Positions 1-10,822 are shown, counted from the first letter of the stretch. The stretch: 64,000 bases of DNA from Prochlorococcus sp. AG-679-M23 (GCA_003208875.1 QCUR01000001.1:288001-352000); one strand, 5' to 3'. Numbers and translations: made by a program. Notes: generated by a model from the letters alone, not told the origin.

Positions 1-62
1 GTAAATTTCTTCACAAACTTAGGATTTTTCCTTGTAAGATCATAATGTTAATAATTGTGATT

Positions 63-311
63 ATGGCCGCAGGTTCAACGGGTGAACGCCCATTCTTTGA
101 AATAATCACCAGTATCAGATACTGGATTATTCATGCAGTAACACTCCCAGCTATTTTTATAGCGGGCTTTCTATTTGTCTATACAGGTTTAGCCTATGAT
201 GCTTTTGGAACTCCACGTCCGGATAGTTATTTCCAGGCCTCTGAATCAAAAGCACCTGTTGTAACGCAAAGATATGATGCTAAATCTCAATTAGATTTAA
301 GAACAAAATAA
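63..311 (+). CDS. psbE: Cytochrome b559 alpha subunit
   Basis: [24 protein letters not shown]...[12 protein letters not shown]; start moved to ATG at 63. Confidence 0.98.
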   Translation: MAAGSTGERPFFEIITSIRYWIIHAVTLPAIFIAGFLFVYTGLAYDAFGTPRPDSYFQASESKAPVVTQRYDAKSQLDLRTK

Positions 312-313
312 TT

Positions 314-457
314 ATGTCAAATTCTCAAGCTCCAATGCAGGCTGTTGAAGTCCGCGTTTATCCGATCTTTACTATTCGTTGGCTCGCAGTTCATGCGTTG
401 GCGATTCCTTCAGTCTTCTTCTTAGGTGCTATAGCAGCTATGCAATTTTTAAGATAA
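314..457 (+). CDS. psbF: Cytochrome b559 beta subunit (47 aa, not in ORF track)
   Basis: Hand translation [47 protein letters not shown]; psbEFLJ order. Confidence 0.97.
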   Translation: MSNSQAPMQAVEVRVYPIFTIRWLAVHALAIPSVFFLGAIAAMQFLR

Positions 458-468
458 ATTTATTAATT

Positions 469-588
469 ATGCAAGTAAACGAAAATCCGAATAAAGTTCC
501 AGTAGAACTTAATCGTACAAGCCTTTATTTAGGTTTATTAGCAGTATTTGTTTTAGGAATTTTATTTTCCAGTTACTTTTTCAACTAA
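469..588 (+). CDS. psbL: Photosystem II protein L
   Basis: [24 protein letters not shown]...SSYFFN; true start 469 inside the track ORF 379..588. Confidence 0.97.
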   Translation: MQVNENPNKVPVELNRTSLYLGLLAVFVLGILFSSYFFN

Positions 589-597
589 ATTAAAATT

Positions 598-792
598 ATG
601 AGTAAATTAAAAGGCCCTGATGGCAGAATTCCCGATAGATTACCTGATGGTAGACCAGCAGTGGCATGGGAAAGAAGATGGACAGAAGGAACACTTCCTC
701 TTTGGTTAGTTGCTACGGCAGGAGGAATAGCTGTTATTTTCGTCTTAGGTATATTTTTCTATGGTTCATACCAAGGAGTAGGTGCAGGTTAA
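598..792 (+). CDS. psbJ: Photosystem II protein J
   Basis: [11 protein letters not shown]...[12 protein letters not shown]; last gene of psbEFLJ. Confidence 0.95.
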   Translation: MSKLKGPDGRIPDRLPDGRPAVAWERRWTEGTLPLWLVATAGGIAVIFVLGIFFYGSYQGVGAG

Positions 793-822
793 GCCCTTTA
801 TTCCTTTTTAACTATTTAGTAT

Positions 823-1722
823 CTAGTTCCAATAACTATCTGTGAATATCTTTAGTTTTTCTTTTGTAAAACTAGGGATATTTTCTTTTTGAGTTATTAA
901 ACCATCCTTTAAAGAACAATGGGATTTGCTTTGAGGTCTCTTTATATCGATAACTTTAGCGATTTCAAAGACAATTTTGTTAGCAACTTCAGTATTTGCT
1001 CTGAGATTTTTCAAAACCATGTCTACTGATACTTCCTGATGAGTTTGATGCCAGCAATCATAATCAGTAACCATAGAAAGAGAAGAATAAGCGATCTCAG
1101 CTTCTTTGGCTAATCTTGCTTCAGTGTGATTAGTCATACCTATAATTGAACAACCCCAACTTCTATATAAATTAGATTCTGCTCTGGTAGAGAAGGCGGG
1201 CCCCTCCATTGCTAAATATGTTCCTCCTCTATGTAATTGTCTTCCTCCCGGGATATTTTCTTCGCTAACATTACATAAAATTCCTGACAAGTTCATACAG
1301 AAAGGATCCCCCATAGTTACATGAGCTACGGCTCCTTCATTAAAAAATGTTGCTGGTCTTTTATGAGTTCGATCAATAAATTGATCTGGGATAACAATAT
1401 CAAGGGGCCTGATTTGTTCTTGAAGGGAGCCAACTGCTGATGGAGCGATTATCCACCTCACACCAATTGATCGGAGAGCCCAAATGTTAGCTTTGTATGG
1501 TATTTCTGTAGGATTCAGTTTATGTGTTCTACCGTGTCTCGCTATAAAAGCTATTTCTAAATTACCAGTTTTAAAAAGCCTAATTGAATCAGAAGGTTTA
1601 CCATAAGGTGTATTGACCTCAATTTCTTCATGACATTCTATTTTGTCAATTGAATAGAAACCACTCCCACCAATTACTCCTAATCTTGATTCGTTAATGG
1701 GTAATAAATGCTGTTTATACAT
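823..1722 (-). CDS. mtnP: S-methyl-5'-thioadenosine phosphorylase
   Basis: GVIGGSG, TPYGKPSD, ARHG, EGPAFSTRAES, TDYDCW motifs; start chosen at MYKQH. Confidence 0.93.
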   Translation of the reverse strand: MYKQHLLPINESRLGVIGGSGFYSIDKIECHEEIEVNTPYGKPSDSIRLFKTGNLEIAFIARHGRTHKLNPTEIPYKANIWALRSIGVRWIIAPSAVGSLQEQIRPLDIVIPDQFIDRTHKRPATFFNEGAVAHVTMGDPFCMNLSGILCNVSEENIPGGRQLHRGGTYLAMEGPAFSTRAESNLYRSWGCSIIGMTNHTEARLAKEAEIAYSSLSMVTDYDCWHQTHQEVSVDMVLKNLRANTEVANKIVFEIAKVIDIKRPQSKSHCSLKDGLITQKENIPSFTKEKLKIFTDSYWN

Positions 1723-1731
1723 TGTAATGAA

Positions 1732-3900
1732 ATGACTATTAATCATCTAGTACTAATTGGAGGCGGACATACAAATGTTCTTTTGATGAGAAAATGGTTG
1801 ATGTACCCGAAATTAATGCCAGAAATCCCTATCTCAATTATATCCAGAGATACTAAGTTAGTTTATTCGGCTATGTTCCCTTCTGTTATTTCTAAATCAA
1901 TTTCTTTAGATGAAAGCTTAATCGATATTAGATCTTTGGCTAAAAAGTCAAGAGTAGCTTTCATAAAAGGAGAGGTAATAAATATTGATTTTCAGTTAAA
2001 AAAAATTTTTTTAAAAAATAGACCATCAATTTGTTACTCAAAATTAGTCCTTAATTATGGAAGTCAAACCAAAATTTCAGGAGAATTTGAAGATTTAGTT
2101 AATAATCAAATTGCTTTCCCAATTAAACCTTTTTTTAAGGCTTATGAGTTAATTAAAAACGAAGATAAAAATGATTCTGAAACTGAAAAATCTTTTGTAA
2201 TTGTAGGAAGTGGACTCGCAGCAATTGAAGTTGTTTTCGCCTTGAGAAAAAGATGGAAAAAAAGATCTTTAAAAATTCTATGCAAATTAAATAAAGTAGA
2301 TGATAAAATTTTAAAAACTTTTTACAGATCGAATATAGAAGTAGTTGACAAACTTCCTGTTGACTATGGAAAGATTCTCTTATGTACAGGAAATTCATCA
2401 CCATATTGGGTCCAAAAATATAATTCAGAATTGGATTCAAAAGGACGATTTTTTACAGATCAGAAATTAAGGTTGAAAAATTTTTTCGGAACTTTTGCAA
2501 CTGGTGATTGCGCAGTCATAAAAAACTCTAATAGACCTTCTTCTGGAATATTTGCAGTAAAAGTGTTAAATGTATTGGCAGCTAATATTCAGAAGGAAAT
2601 AAAAGGTGAATCATTAAAAAAATGGTCTCCTCAAAAATTTGGATTGCAAATAGTAAATTCTTATCCTAGGAAGCTTCCGAGAGCTTTTGCTTTTTATGGT
2701 GATATTGTTATTGGGCCTTCTTTTCTGATTTGGTACCTTAAAAATAAAATTGATGAAGGTTTCATAAAGAAATTTCGTATTTTAGATTCGAATATGAATC
2801 AAAAAGTCAAAGAAGGTGGGATGGAAGAATGTAGAGGATGTGCCGCTAAAATTCCTCAAAGTATTTTAAATAAATCTTTGCGAAATGCTCAACTTGAAAA
2901 TTTTGCAACTTCTCCTGAGGATTCTGTTGAAATTTATAAAAATAATCAAGATATTATTCTTCAAAGTGTTGATGGATTTCCGGCGTTGATAAGCGATCCT
3001 TGGCTAAATGCAAAAATTACTGTATTGCATGCATGTTCAGATTTATGGGCTTGCGGAGTAAAACTTTCATCTGTACAGGCCTTAGTATCTCTTCCAAAAG
3101 TAGGAAAAGATTTTCAAAGCTATCTTTTTTCTCATTGTCTAAAAGGGATAAAAACAACAGTTGAAGAACAAGGGGGTAAGTTAATTGGAGGGCATACTTT
3201 TGAGTCAAGAAGTTTTGTTGATAAACCTTATTCTTTGGGAATCGATATTTCTTTAACTGTTCAGGGAGTTTTGAAAAATGGAGCAAAACCATGGTTAAAA
3301 TCCGGTATGAAAAAAGGAGATATTATCCTAATGTCAAGACCTCTAGGCGTGGGAGTTTTTTTTGCTGCTCAAATGCAAAATATTAATTTGAAAGATAGTT
3401 CAGAGGAGATAATGAGAAATTTAGTTACAAGTCAGCAACCATTAATTGAAAAAATTTATTTGCTTCAAGATAAGTTTGGAGAAACATTTATAAATGCAGC
3501 TACTGATGTAACTGGCTACGGACTTATAGGTCACCTTAAAGAGATGATCGATTCATCTAATTTATTAAGGAAAGATAATAAGCTTAAGCCTATTAGGGTT
3601 TTATTAGATTTATTTGCATTTAAAGCTTATCCAGGAGTATTTGATTTAATACACAAAGGAATCAAAAGTTCTCTATTCGAATCAAATAAAGAAATATTTG
3701 ATCAAATTATTGCAGAAAAAAGTAATAAAAGAATTATCGCATTTTCAAAAAAAAATAAAGTTAATAGTCACAGCTTTAAAGAAAAAATCTCATTACTATT
3801 AGATCCACAAACTTGTGGGCCGCTTCTGATATGTTGTGATCCTAAGTATGAAAAATTTTTAAAGGCTGAATGGTATAAGGTCGGAGAAGTAATAAATTGA
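1732..3900 (+). CDS. selD: Selenide,water dikinase fused to an N-terminal FAD/NAD(P)-dependent oxidoreductase domain
   Basis: N-term LVLIGGGH and GDCA; C-term CRGCAAK, QSVDGF, ACSDLWA, GGHT, TDVTGYGLIGHL, DPQTCGPLL. Confidence 0.9.
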   Translation: MTINHLVLIGGGHTNVLLMRKWLMYPKLMPEIPISIISRDTKLVYSAMFPSVISKSISLDESLIDIRSLAKKSRVAFIKGEVINIDFQLKKIFLKNRPSICYSKLVLNYGSQTKISGEFEDLVNNQIAFPIKPFFKAYELIKNEDKNDSETEKSFVIVGSGLAAIEVVFALRKRWKKRSLKILCKLNKVDDKILKTFYRSNIEVVDKLPVDYGKILLCTGNSSPYWVQKYNSELDSKGRFFTDQKLRLKNFFGTFATGDCAVIKNSNRPSSGIFAVKVLNVLAANIQKEIKGESLKKWSPQKFGLQIVNSYPRKLPRAFAFYGDIVIGPSFLIWYLKNKIDEGFIKKFRILDSNMNQKVKEGGMEECRGCAAKIPQSILNKSLRNAQLENFATSPEDSVEIYKNNQDIILQSVDGFPALISDPWLNAKITVLHACSDLWACGVKLSSVQALVSLPKVGKDFQSYLFSHCLKGIKTTVEEQGGKLIGGHTFESRSFVDKPYSLGIDISLTVQGVLKNGAKPWLKSGMKKGDIILMSRPLGVGVFFAAQMQNINLKDSSEEIMRNLVTSQQPLIEKIYLLQDKFGETFINAATDVTGYGLIGHLKEMIDSSNLLRKDNKLKPIRVLLDLFAFKAYPGVFDLIHKGIKSSLFESNKEIFDQIIAEKSNKRIIAFSKKNKVNSHSFKEKISLLLDPQTCGPLLICCDPKYEKFLKAEWYKVGEVIN

Positions 3901-3903
3901 TAG

Positions 3904-5151
3904 TTATTTCTTTTTGATCTTATCGATCTCTATATATCTCAACCTTTTAATTTCATCCCCCATTTCTTTCCCCGATTGCCATCCTTCACTTTTTAAAAAT
4001 TCCCCACTTTTTTTTGACTTAATAAATTTATAAACAAATAGCCATTTAAAAAAAGATTTCCAAAATAAACCCCCATTGCAAATTAATAATTTCACTGTCT
4101 CTTCATCTAAATTTTTTGTTTCAATAAATTCAGTCCATTGAGAGGGAGTTAAATAGAGAAATTTTTCTTTTTCATTATCTAATTGATTTGTGATATTTAA
4201 GAAATCTTTAAGAATCTTCTTTTCCTTGCTATTAATAAAAAATCTTTGACAAGTAAGCTCTAAATTTTCTGAATTTTTTAATAAGTAGAGAATATAATTA
4301 CCTTTTAGTTTTTTAATCCACTTTAAACCCCTTAAAAATTTATTATTAATACTAATATTTTTATTTAAAATAGAAATAATTTCCCAATCGTTTAATAAAG
4401 AAAGTATTTTTGCGAGATTATCGTATTTGTATATTTCTGCCAATTCCATCCTGATTCTTATACTTATTCCAGGAGGAAATTTAGATTTAACATCATCTTT
4501 CATAATATCCCAGGGCCATCTTTGGATAATCTTTTGCGATTGTTGAAGTGATTTATTTGAAATTTTAAAATCTAATCTTGAAGCATATCTTGCGCATCTT
4601 ATTAATCTACTAGGGTCATCTTGAATACTATTTTCATGCAGCAAATGCAATTCTTTTTCTTGTATATGTTTTATACCATCAAAGAAATCATAAATTTCTT
4701 GCTTTGAGAATTCAAAAGCTATTGCATTTATACTAAAGTCTCTCCTTTTTAAATCCTCTTTAATATTTGCATGTTTTACGATTGGATTTAATCCTGGAGC
4801 CTCATATCTCTCTTTTCTTGCAGAAGCTATATCAATTTTTAAATCATTGATATTTAGTTCTACAGTGTCGTATATTTCAAATTCTTTTATCAAACAAAGT
4901 TCAACATTTGAGATATTTTTTTTTATGAATTTTGCTAAATCAACAGAAGATCCTTCTGTAACTATATCAATATCAAGTGGATTGAAAAAAGTCTTTTTAT
5001 GAATTTTAGTGATTAATAAATCTCTAATATAGCCACCTACAATTGCAACTTTAACATTATTATTTAATTCAATATACTGAGTAATTATATTAAATAAATT
5101 AAAAGGAATTTTTAATATTGCTGAATTTATATGAGCAGAAATATCATTCAT
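3904..5151 (-). CDS. tRNA nucleotidyltransferase/poly(A) polymerase family protein
   Basis: VGGYIRDLL, DIDIV, DLKRRDFSINA, DDPSRLIR. Confidence 0.9.
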   Translation of the reverse strand: MNDISAHINSAILKIPFNLFNIITQYIELNNNVKVAIVGGYIRDLLITKIHKKTFFNPLDIDIVTEGSSVDLAKFIKKNISNVELCLIKEFEIYDTVELNINDLKIDIASARKERYEAPGLNPIVKHANIKEDLKRRDFSINAIAFEFSKQEIYDFFDGIKHIQEKELHLLHENSIQDDPSRLIRCARYASRLDFKISNKSLQQSQKIIQRWPWDIMKDDVKSKFPPGISIRIRMELAEIYKYDNLAKILSLLNDWEIISILNKNISINNKFLRGLKWIKKLKGNYILYLLKNSENLELTCQRFFINSKEKKILKDFLNITNQLDNEKEKFLYLTPSQWTEFIETKNLDEETVKLLICNGGLFWKSFFKWLFVYKFIKSKKSGEFLKSEGWQSGKEMGDEIKRLRYIEIDKIKKK

Positions 5152-5158
5152 GTAAATT

Positions 5159-7567
5159 TCAGTTTATTGCTCTTATTGGAGCTAATCTTGGGTCTAAAAT
5201 TTTGCTCCCTTTATCACCAAACTTTACTGCTAAGGATATTTTTTCGCCACTGCCAAAAATATGTATAATTTCACCTTTGCCAAATTTAGAGTGAATTACT
5301 TTATCTCCAATCAACCAACTTTTTCCTTTACTGGGTCCTGAATATAATTTTCTTACTGCATTTATAGGTCTATTAATAAATTCATTTGAATCGTTTCTAT
5401 CAACTCTTGTTAAACGGCCAAGATGACGATCTCTTCTGATAGAAGCACCACCTGATTGAGGCAATTCCCCGTCAATTAGTTCCTCTGGTATTTCTGACAG
5501 AAATATTGAAGGAATTGTTGCTTCTCGCATGCCTCCCCACAATCTTCTCTCTCTTGCATGTGATAAGAAAACTCTCTCTTTAGCTCTTGTTATACCTACA
5601 TAGCATAATCTTCTTTCTTCTTCTAAAAGAGAAGGAGTATCAATTGACCTGTGACTTGGAAATAAACCTTGTTCTAGTCCAGTTATAAATACATTTTGAA
5701 ATTCTAATCCTTTACTGTTATGGAGAGTCATTAAAGTGACAGAGTTAGGATGATTTTTTTTTGTATCATTATCTGTTGTTAAAGCTGCTGTTGACAAAAA
5801 TCCCTCTACATCTGGGTTCTCGGTCTCTTCTTCAAATTGAGTAGCAGCATTTATTAATTCCTGAAGATTATTTCTTCTATCTTCAGATTCCTCTGAACCA
5901 CTTGTTAATAAATCACTTAAGTAACCGCTTTTTTCTAGAATTAATTGAAGAATTTGAGCAGGCCCCGAGTTCTCTATATAGCAAAGCAGGTCATTCATAA
6001 GCTCTGTGAATTTATTAATGCCCTTTGATGATCTGCCTATAGTCTCATCTAAGCTTTGTTTGTCATTTATGACCTCCCATAAAGGAATGTTCAACTTATT
6101 TGATAGCTCATTAAGCTTTTGAATAGTTGTTTTTCCTATCCCCCTTCTCGGGACATTTATGATTCTTAAAAGGCTTACATTATCTGAAGAATTTACTAAG
6201 ACTTTTAAATAGGCGACAGCATCTTTTACTTCTCTTCTGTCATAAAAACGTAATCCGCCAAAGATTGTATATGGAATTCTCCACCTTACAAGAGATTCTT
6301 CTAATACTCTAGACTGAGCCCTAGTTCTATAGAGGATTGCAAAATTTTTCCAGATTGGTTGATTATTGTAATTATTTAGAGACCTTAATTTTGTTGTTAT
6401 TGCCTCAGCTTCAGATATCTCATCATCGCAGCTAAGCAACTTTAAAAGTTCTCCTTCCTCCCTGGTAGGCATTAAAACTTTATCAATTCTTTCAGTATTA
6501 TTTTCAATCAAAGAGTTTGCAGCGGTAAGAATATTTGATGAAGATCTATAGTTTTCTTCTAATTTAACCAGAGAGGCTTTCTGATCATTATTAGATGAAT
6601 TTTTAAAGTCTTCTTGAAATCCAATTAATATTCTGAAATCTGCCGCCCTAAAACTATAGATACTTTGATCCGCATCTCCGACAACAAAAATTGATCTATC
6701 ATTCCATTCGCAAAATTTGTTTGGTTCAGTATTACCAGCCGTAATTAATTTAATCAGTTCATATTGTGTCCTATTTGTATCTTGATATTCATCAACTAAT
6801 ACATGCTGGAATCTTTTATGCCAGTAATCCCTAACTAAATCATTTTGCCTTAATAAAAACACAGGAAGTAGTAGAAGATCATCAAAGTCTAAAGCATTAT
6901 TTTTGGAGAGAGATATCCTATATCTTCTGTAAGCATCTGCAATTATTTTATCAAAATGATTATCAGCTTTTTCTTCAAGTTCATTAGCTGTAAAACATTG
7001 ATTTTTTGCGTTACTAATAGCTCTCTTAATTTTCTTAGGATCAAATCTTTTTGGATCAAGACTCATATCTTGACCAACAATTTCTTTTATTAGGGTCTGA
7101 GAATCTGTCTCGTCATAAATAGAAAATTGCCGTGTCCAGGTTAGACCTTCAGGATCTTGATATTTTTCTATATCGTATCTTAAAAGTCTTGAAAATAATG
7201 CATGAAAAGTTCCTATCCATAGGTCCCTCAGTCTCTCTTGATCAATATTTGTTCTTAATTGATTCTGATCAAATTCCTTAAGGGTTGACCAAGGCTGTCC
7301 AAATTGATTCAAAGCTATTTGTTGAGCAAGTAGTACTTGAAGTCTTGCTTTCATTTCTTTAGCAGCTTTATTTGTAAAAGTTACTGCGAGAATGTTATAA
7401 GGATCTACAGAGTTATTCTCAATTAAATTAGCAATTCTATGAGTAAGAGCCTTGGTTTTCCCACTACCTGCGCCTGCTACAACTAGCAGTGGCCCATTAA
7501 TATGATTTACTGCTTTTAGTTGTGCATTATTTAATGATTTAAAAAGGAAGTTGTTAGTTTGATGCAC
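5159..7567 (-). CDS. pcrA: ATP-dependent DNA helicase PcrA/UvrD
   Basis: AGAGSGKT, VDEYQD, VGDADQSIY, LEENYRS, TLHNSKGLEF, EERRLCYVGITRA. Confidence 0.95.
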   Translation of the reverse strand: MHQTNNFLFKSLNNAQLKAVNHINGPLLVVAGAGSGKTKALTHRIANLIENNSVDPYNILAVTFTNKAAKEMKARLQVLLAQQIALNQFGQPWSTLKEFDQNQLRTNIDQERLRDLWIGTFHALFSRLLRYDIEKYQDPEGLTWTRQFSIYDETDSQTLIKEIVGQDMSLDPKRFDPKKIKRAISNAKNQCFTANELEEKADNHFDKIIADAYRRYRISLSKNNALDFDDLLLLPVFLLRQNDLVRDYWHKRFQHVLVDEYQDTNRTQYELIKLITAGNTEPNKFCEWNDRSIFVVGDADQSIYSFRAADFRILIGFQEDFKNSSNNDQKASLVKLEENYRSSSNILTAANSLIENNTERIDKVLMPTREEGELLKLLSCDDEISEAEAITTKLRSLNNYNNQPIWKNFAILYRTRAQSRVLEESLVRWRIPYTIFGGLRFYDRREVKDAVAYLKVLVNSSDNVSLLRIINVPRRGIGKTTIQKLNELSNKLNIPLWEVINDKQSLDETIGRSSKGINKFTELMNDLLCYIENSGPAQILQLILEKSGYLSDLLTSGSEESEDRRNNLQELINAATQFEEETENPDVEGFLSTAALTTDNDTKKNHPNSVTLMTLHNSKGLEFQNVFITGLEQGLFPSHRSIDTPSLLEEERRLCYVGITRAKERVFLSHARERRLWGGMREATIPSIFLSEIPEELIDGELPQSGGASIRRDRHLGRLTRVDRNDSNEFINRPINAVRKLYSGPSKGKSWLIGDKVIHSKFGKGEIIHIFGSGEKISLAVKFGDKGSKILDPRLAPIRAIN

Positions 7568-7605
7568 TTTTTATAGGTTGTATTATTAAAAATTTTTACC
7601 TTATT

Positions 7606-7806
7606 TTAATTTGAAGATTGAGGGTTAGTCTCTAATTCTTTTAATGCTTTTTTTAGGTTTATTAGTTCATTATTATTATTGATAATTTCTTCGAACTTAT
7701 TCTGAGGCATTTTTAATTTAACACTTCTCTCAAGAATTTCTTTTTCTAATCTTTTTTTATAGGAAGAAACAAGTTTTTTTGATAATTTTAATTCTTGTTT
7801 ATCCAA
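7606..7806 (-). CDS. Hypothetical protein
   Basis: 66-aa charged helical ORF co-oriented upstream of pcrA. Confidence 0.55.
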   Translation of the reverse strand: MDKQELKLSKKLVSSYKKRLEKEILERSVKLKMPQNKFEEIINNNNELINLKKALKELETNPQSSN

Positions 7807-7985
7807 AATTTTAAAGATTAATAGTTCTATCTTAGCGAAAATTTTTTTTAATTTACAGTATTTTGGATATCACTTCGAAATGTGGTTTTGATTAAGAACC
7901 ATTTCGTTTATTTTAAGAGTTAATTATTTTAATTTGCTCTGATCTATTATAAATAAATAGAAATTTCAAGTTTTTAAATTTAAGA

Positions 7986-8513
7986 ATGGCAGTTTCAAAT
8001 AGTAATCAAATTTTATCAAATGATAGAGATTTAGAAAATATAAGTAATAAAAATATTGAAGACATAAAAGAATTTATTAATACTGCAAACTCAAGATTAG
8101 ATGCAATAAATTCAATAACAAATAATTCTCACGCAATTGCCGCTGATGCTGTAACTGCAATGATTTGTGAAAATCAAGATTCAGTTAATACAAAAATATC
8201 TATAGATACCACCAATAAGATGTCTGTTTGTCTAAGAGATGGAGAAATAATTTTAAGGATTGTTTCTTACCTTTTAATTTCTGATGACGAATCAGTTTTA
8301 TCTAAAAACTGTTTAAAGGATCTTAAAAATACTTATTTGGCCCTTGGTGTACCTCTGAAAAATGCCATCCGAGTTTTTGAACTGATGAGAGATGCAACTA
8401 TTTCTGATTTATATTCTACTGTAAATACTATGAAAGGAGAAAAAGAATTTCTTCCTGATTTAATTTCTAATACAGAGTTTCAATTTGAAAGAATAATCAA
8501 TCTTTTAAGATAG
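7986..8513 (+). CDS. cpeB: Phycoerythrin beta subunit (divergent)
   Basis: [42 protein letters not shown]; adjacent lyase. Confidence 0.9.
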   Translation: MAVSNSNQILSNDRDLENISNKNIEDIKEFINTANSRLDAINSITNNSHAIAADAVTAMICENQDSVNTKISIDTTNKMSVCLRDGEIILRIVSYLLISDDESVLSKNCLKDLKNTYLALGVPLKNAIRVFELMRDATISDLYSTVNTMKGEKEFLPDLISNTEFQFERIINLLR

Positions 8514-9048
8514 ACATATTTCTTATCTCTGATGTGTGTGAGGTTTGTATTACGGTATTGTTTTCATTATTCCTAATTACTGAATATCTGGATCTAATAT
8601 GATTTGATAAAAAACAAATTCTCTCTTCAGAAGCTGTTGAACTGTATATAGTTTTAATATTTAAGTTCTCATTTTCATCAATCAAATATTCTGATGATGA
8701 AATCACGGATTCAGTATATCCCTTATTACGTAGAATAATTCCCTTATTATTATCCGTTGGTAAAAATAATAATATAGTTTTATCTTGTTCAATTTTTTGA
8801 TCAATCTCCCAATCACTTATTGCCTTCCAACTTATTGATAATGCAATAAAAGAAGGTTTAGAGATATAATTATATTTTTCTAAAAGTCCTAATACATTTT
8901 TATTATTGCTTTCTAGCTCTTTTATTTCTATTTTGCTAGTGGAATTTTCAACTTCCTGAAAAGCCAAAGAGTGAGTGCTTCGTATGGATTTCCACTCTCC
9001 TAAACTTTTTTGAATAAATTGATTAATTGTTATTAGATTCTTCGTCAA
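8497..9048 (-). CDS. cpeS: CpeS/CpcS-type phycobilin lyase
   Basis: [36 protein letters not shown]; convergent with cpeB. Confidence 0.88.
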   Translation of the reverse strand: MTKNLITINQFIQKSLGEWKSIRSTHSLAFQEVENSTSKIEIKELESNNKNVLGLLEKYNYISKPSFIALSISWKAISDWEIDQKIEQDKTILLFLPTDNNKGIILRNKGYTESVISSSEYLIDENENLNIKTIYSSTASEERICFLSNHIRSRYSVIRNNENNTVIQTSHTSEIRNMSILKD

Positions 9049-9202
9049 GTTTATCTTCTACCGAATGATTGGTAGCTTTTTGAATCATCCTTACCATAGA
9101 ATCTACCATTAGTCTTTTTGCAGAAGTCACTTTTAATCCCGAAGGTGTAGTTGATATTTGTTCTCCAGGACGATCGTATGATGTAGGTCTAAATGGAGTC
9201 AT
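9023..9202 (-). CDS. Small hypothetical protein (59 aa) upstream of cpeS
   Basis: Hand translation [59 protein letters not shown]; overlaps the cpeS start. Confidence 0.7.
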   Translation of the reverse strand: MTPFRPTSYDRPGEQISTTPSGLKVTSAKRLMVDSMVRMIQKATNHSVEDKLDEESNNN

Positions 9203-9318
9203 CTAAAAATTTTTAAAATCAACAGAATTATATTCTTACATGAATAGTCATTTTAATGTTGTTGTTTGCGAAAATGTTATATCTTTTATGGATGGTTTTA
9301 GAATTATAAATTCTTGCC

Positions 9319-9954
9319 TTATTTTGGAATTTTTCTTTTTGCTAAACCTGAAATAGTTGCTAAAGCAAACATGCCTAAAAGCGCTATTCCCAGGAATAAA
9401 CCAGCTCCCTGACTGACCCCAGCTCCTACAGCAACAAGAATTGAATCACTGATTAAAAGACTTATTAGTAAAGCTGGGGTGAATATTTTCCACCGAGTAC
9501 CTCCAATGCCGATTGCATAGCTGAGAAAATCAAAAAGTCCAGTCATAAGAAGACCTGTCATTAGGAAGAAATTTTCTTCTAATTGGTTTTGATTAAAACT
9601 TTCAATTCTTTTCATTGCTTTTGAACCTACTAAACCACGTACAGGGCCACGACCAAAATATCTTGCTATGAAGAAAGCTGCTTGGCAAAAAACGATATCA
9701 GAAAAGACAATTGTTATGTAACCCTTTTGGAATCCTAATAAGGAGCCAGCCAAAAGTGAATAGGCCGAACTTGGTAGAGCAGGTAAAATTATACTTACTC
9801 CTCTAAGAACAAATATTCCAAAAGGTGCCCATATTCCCATACTCTCTACCTTGTTCCTTAGAGGTTCGATGCCATAGTTTTGTATGAAATAAATTAATAC
9901 AATAAATATTGTTATAAAAAAAACTACCGAGAGGAATTTTTGAATTTTATTCAT
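9319..9954 (-). CDS. TVP38/TMEM64 (DedA/VTT) family membrane protein
   Basis: LPALPSSAYSLLAGSLLGF, FFIARYFGR, FDFLSYAIG. Confidence 0.85.
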   Translation of the reverse strand: MNKIQKFLSVVFFITIFIVLIYFIQNYGIEPLRNKVESMGIWAPFGIFVLRGVSIILPALPSSAYSLLAGSLLGFQKGYITIVFSDIVFCQAAFFIARYFGRGPVRGLVGSKAMKRIESFNQNQLEENFFLMTGLLMTGLFDFLSYAIGIGGTRWKIFTPALLISLLISDSILVAVGAGVSQGAGLFLGIALLGMFALATISGLAKRKIPK

Positions 9955-10177
9955 TATTTTCAGAAAATTCTTTAAGAGCTAACTTTTTAAATTAAAATTT
10001 GATTCTATAATAAAAACACTAATCAATAAAATTTTTTACAAAGTTTTTATTCTTATTTTTTTCAATATAGATTTTAAGCAAACTTTATTAGTAAATTCTG
10101 ATCAAAATTGAAAATCAATAAGGTATAGTTGTTAACTTTAAAATTCAATTTATTGATTTCTCATATTAGATTATTTT

Positions 10178-10597
10178 ATGATTCAAGCCAATAATAAATT
10201 TTCATCAATAGTTGTTTTTAATGTTTTTTCTTTGGTTCTTTATATCATTTTCTCTTTTTGCATTTCAATAAAACAATCATATGCTTTTTCTCATGAATGG
10301 GTTGGAGTCCCAATTAGTGAATACGGTGAACAATTATGGGATAGAAAGAGTATTAAAAGGAATGAAGATGGTTCTATTAGAGTATTGAGCAAATTTATTC
10401 CAAAAACTAAAAGTGAAATAACACAAGACATTTTATATACAATGGACATAAACTGTTTTGAGAAATCTTTTAGAGATGTTAATGTTTTCACAGATGAGAA
10501 AAATAGTCGTTTAAATAACCTTGCTGATTGGCAAGATCCAAATGGAGACAAACTAATCTTGGGTGTAATTGGTCAAGTATGTAGAGTTGATAACTAA
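10178..10597 (+). CDS. Exported hypothetical protein
   Basis: Signal-peptide-like N-terminus, two Cys. Confidence 0.7.
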   Translation: MIQANNKFSSIVVFNVFSLVLYIIFSFCISIKQSYAFSHEWVGVPISEYGEQLWDRKSIKRNEDGSIRVLSKFIPKTKSEITQDILYTMDINCFEKSFRDVNVFTDEKNSRLNNLADWQDPNGDKLILGVIGQVCRVDN

Positions 10598-10654
10598 AAA
10601 TTAAAATTTTTAAATATTCATAAAAAAAACCCGTCAAAGACAGGTTTATAAAGG

Positions 10655-10727
10655 TGCCAGGACCCAGATTTGAACTGGGGACACGGCGATTTTCAGTCGC
10701 CTGCTCTACCAACTGAGCTATCCCGGC
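10655..10727 (-). tRNA. trnF: tRNA-Phe(GAA)
   Basis: Reverse complement GCCGGGATAGCTCAGTTGGTAGAGCA...CTGAAAA...GTTCAAATC...GGCA. Confidence 0.97.
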
Positions 10728-10822
10728 TCTAACTTATACACTCTAAATTAAGATGTGTAGTTTGTGAAACCTATTTCATTAAATTTTTATATCTTGATTC
10801 AAGATTTAATGAATGAAATGTA

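Noticed and set aside
379..468. N-terminal extension of psbL in the track
   Set aside because: Out-of-frame overlap with psbF; the real start is 469
2818..2850. Possible selenocysteine codon in SelD
   Set aside because: Active-site codons are TGT (Cys); no in-frame TGA
10488..10712. 74-aa ORF MVEQATENRRVPSS
   Set aside because: Translation of tRNA-Phe and antisense sequence
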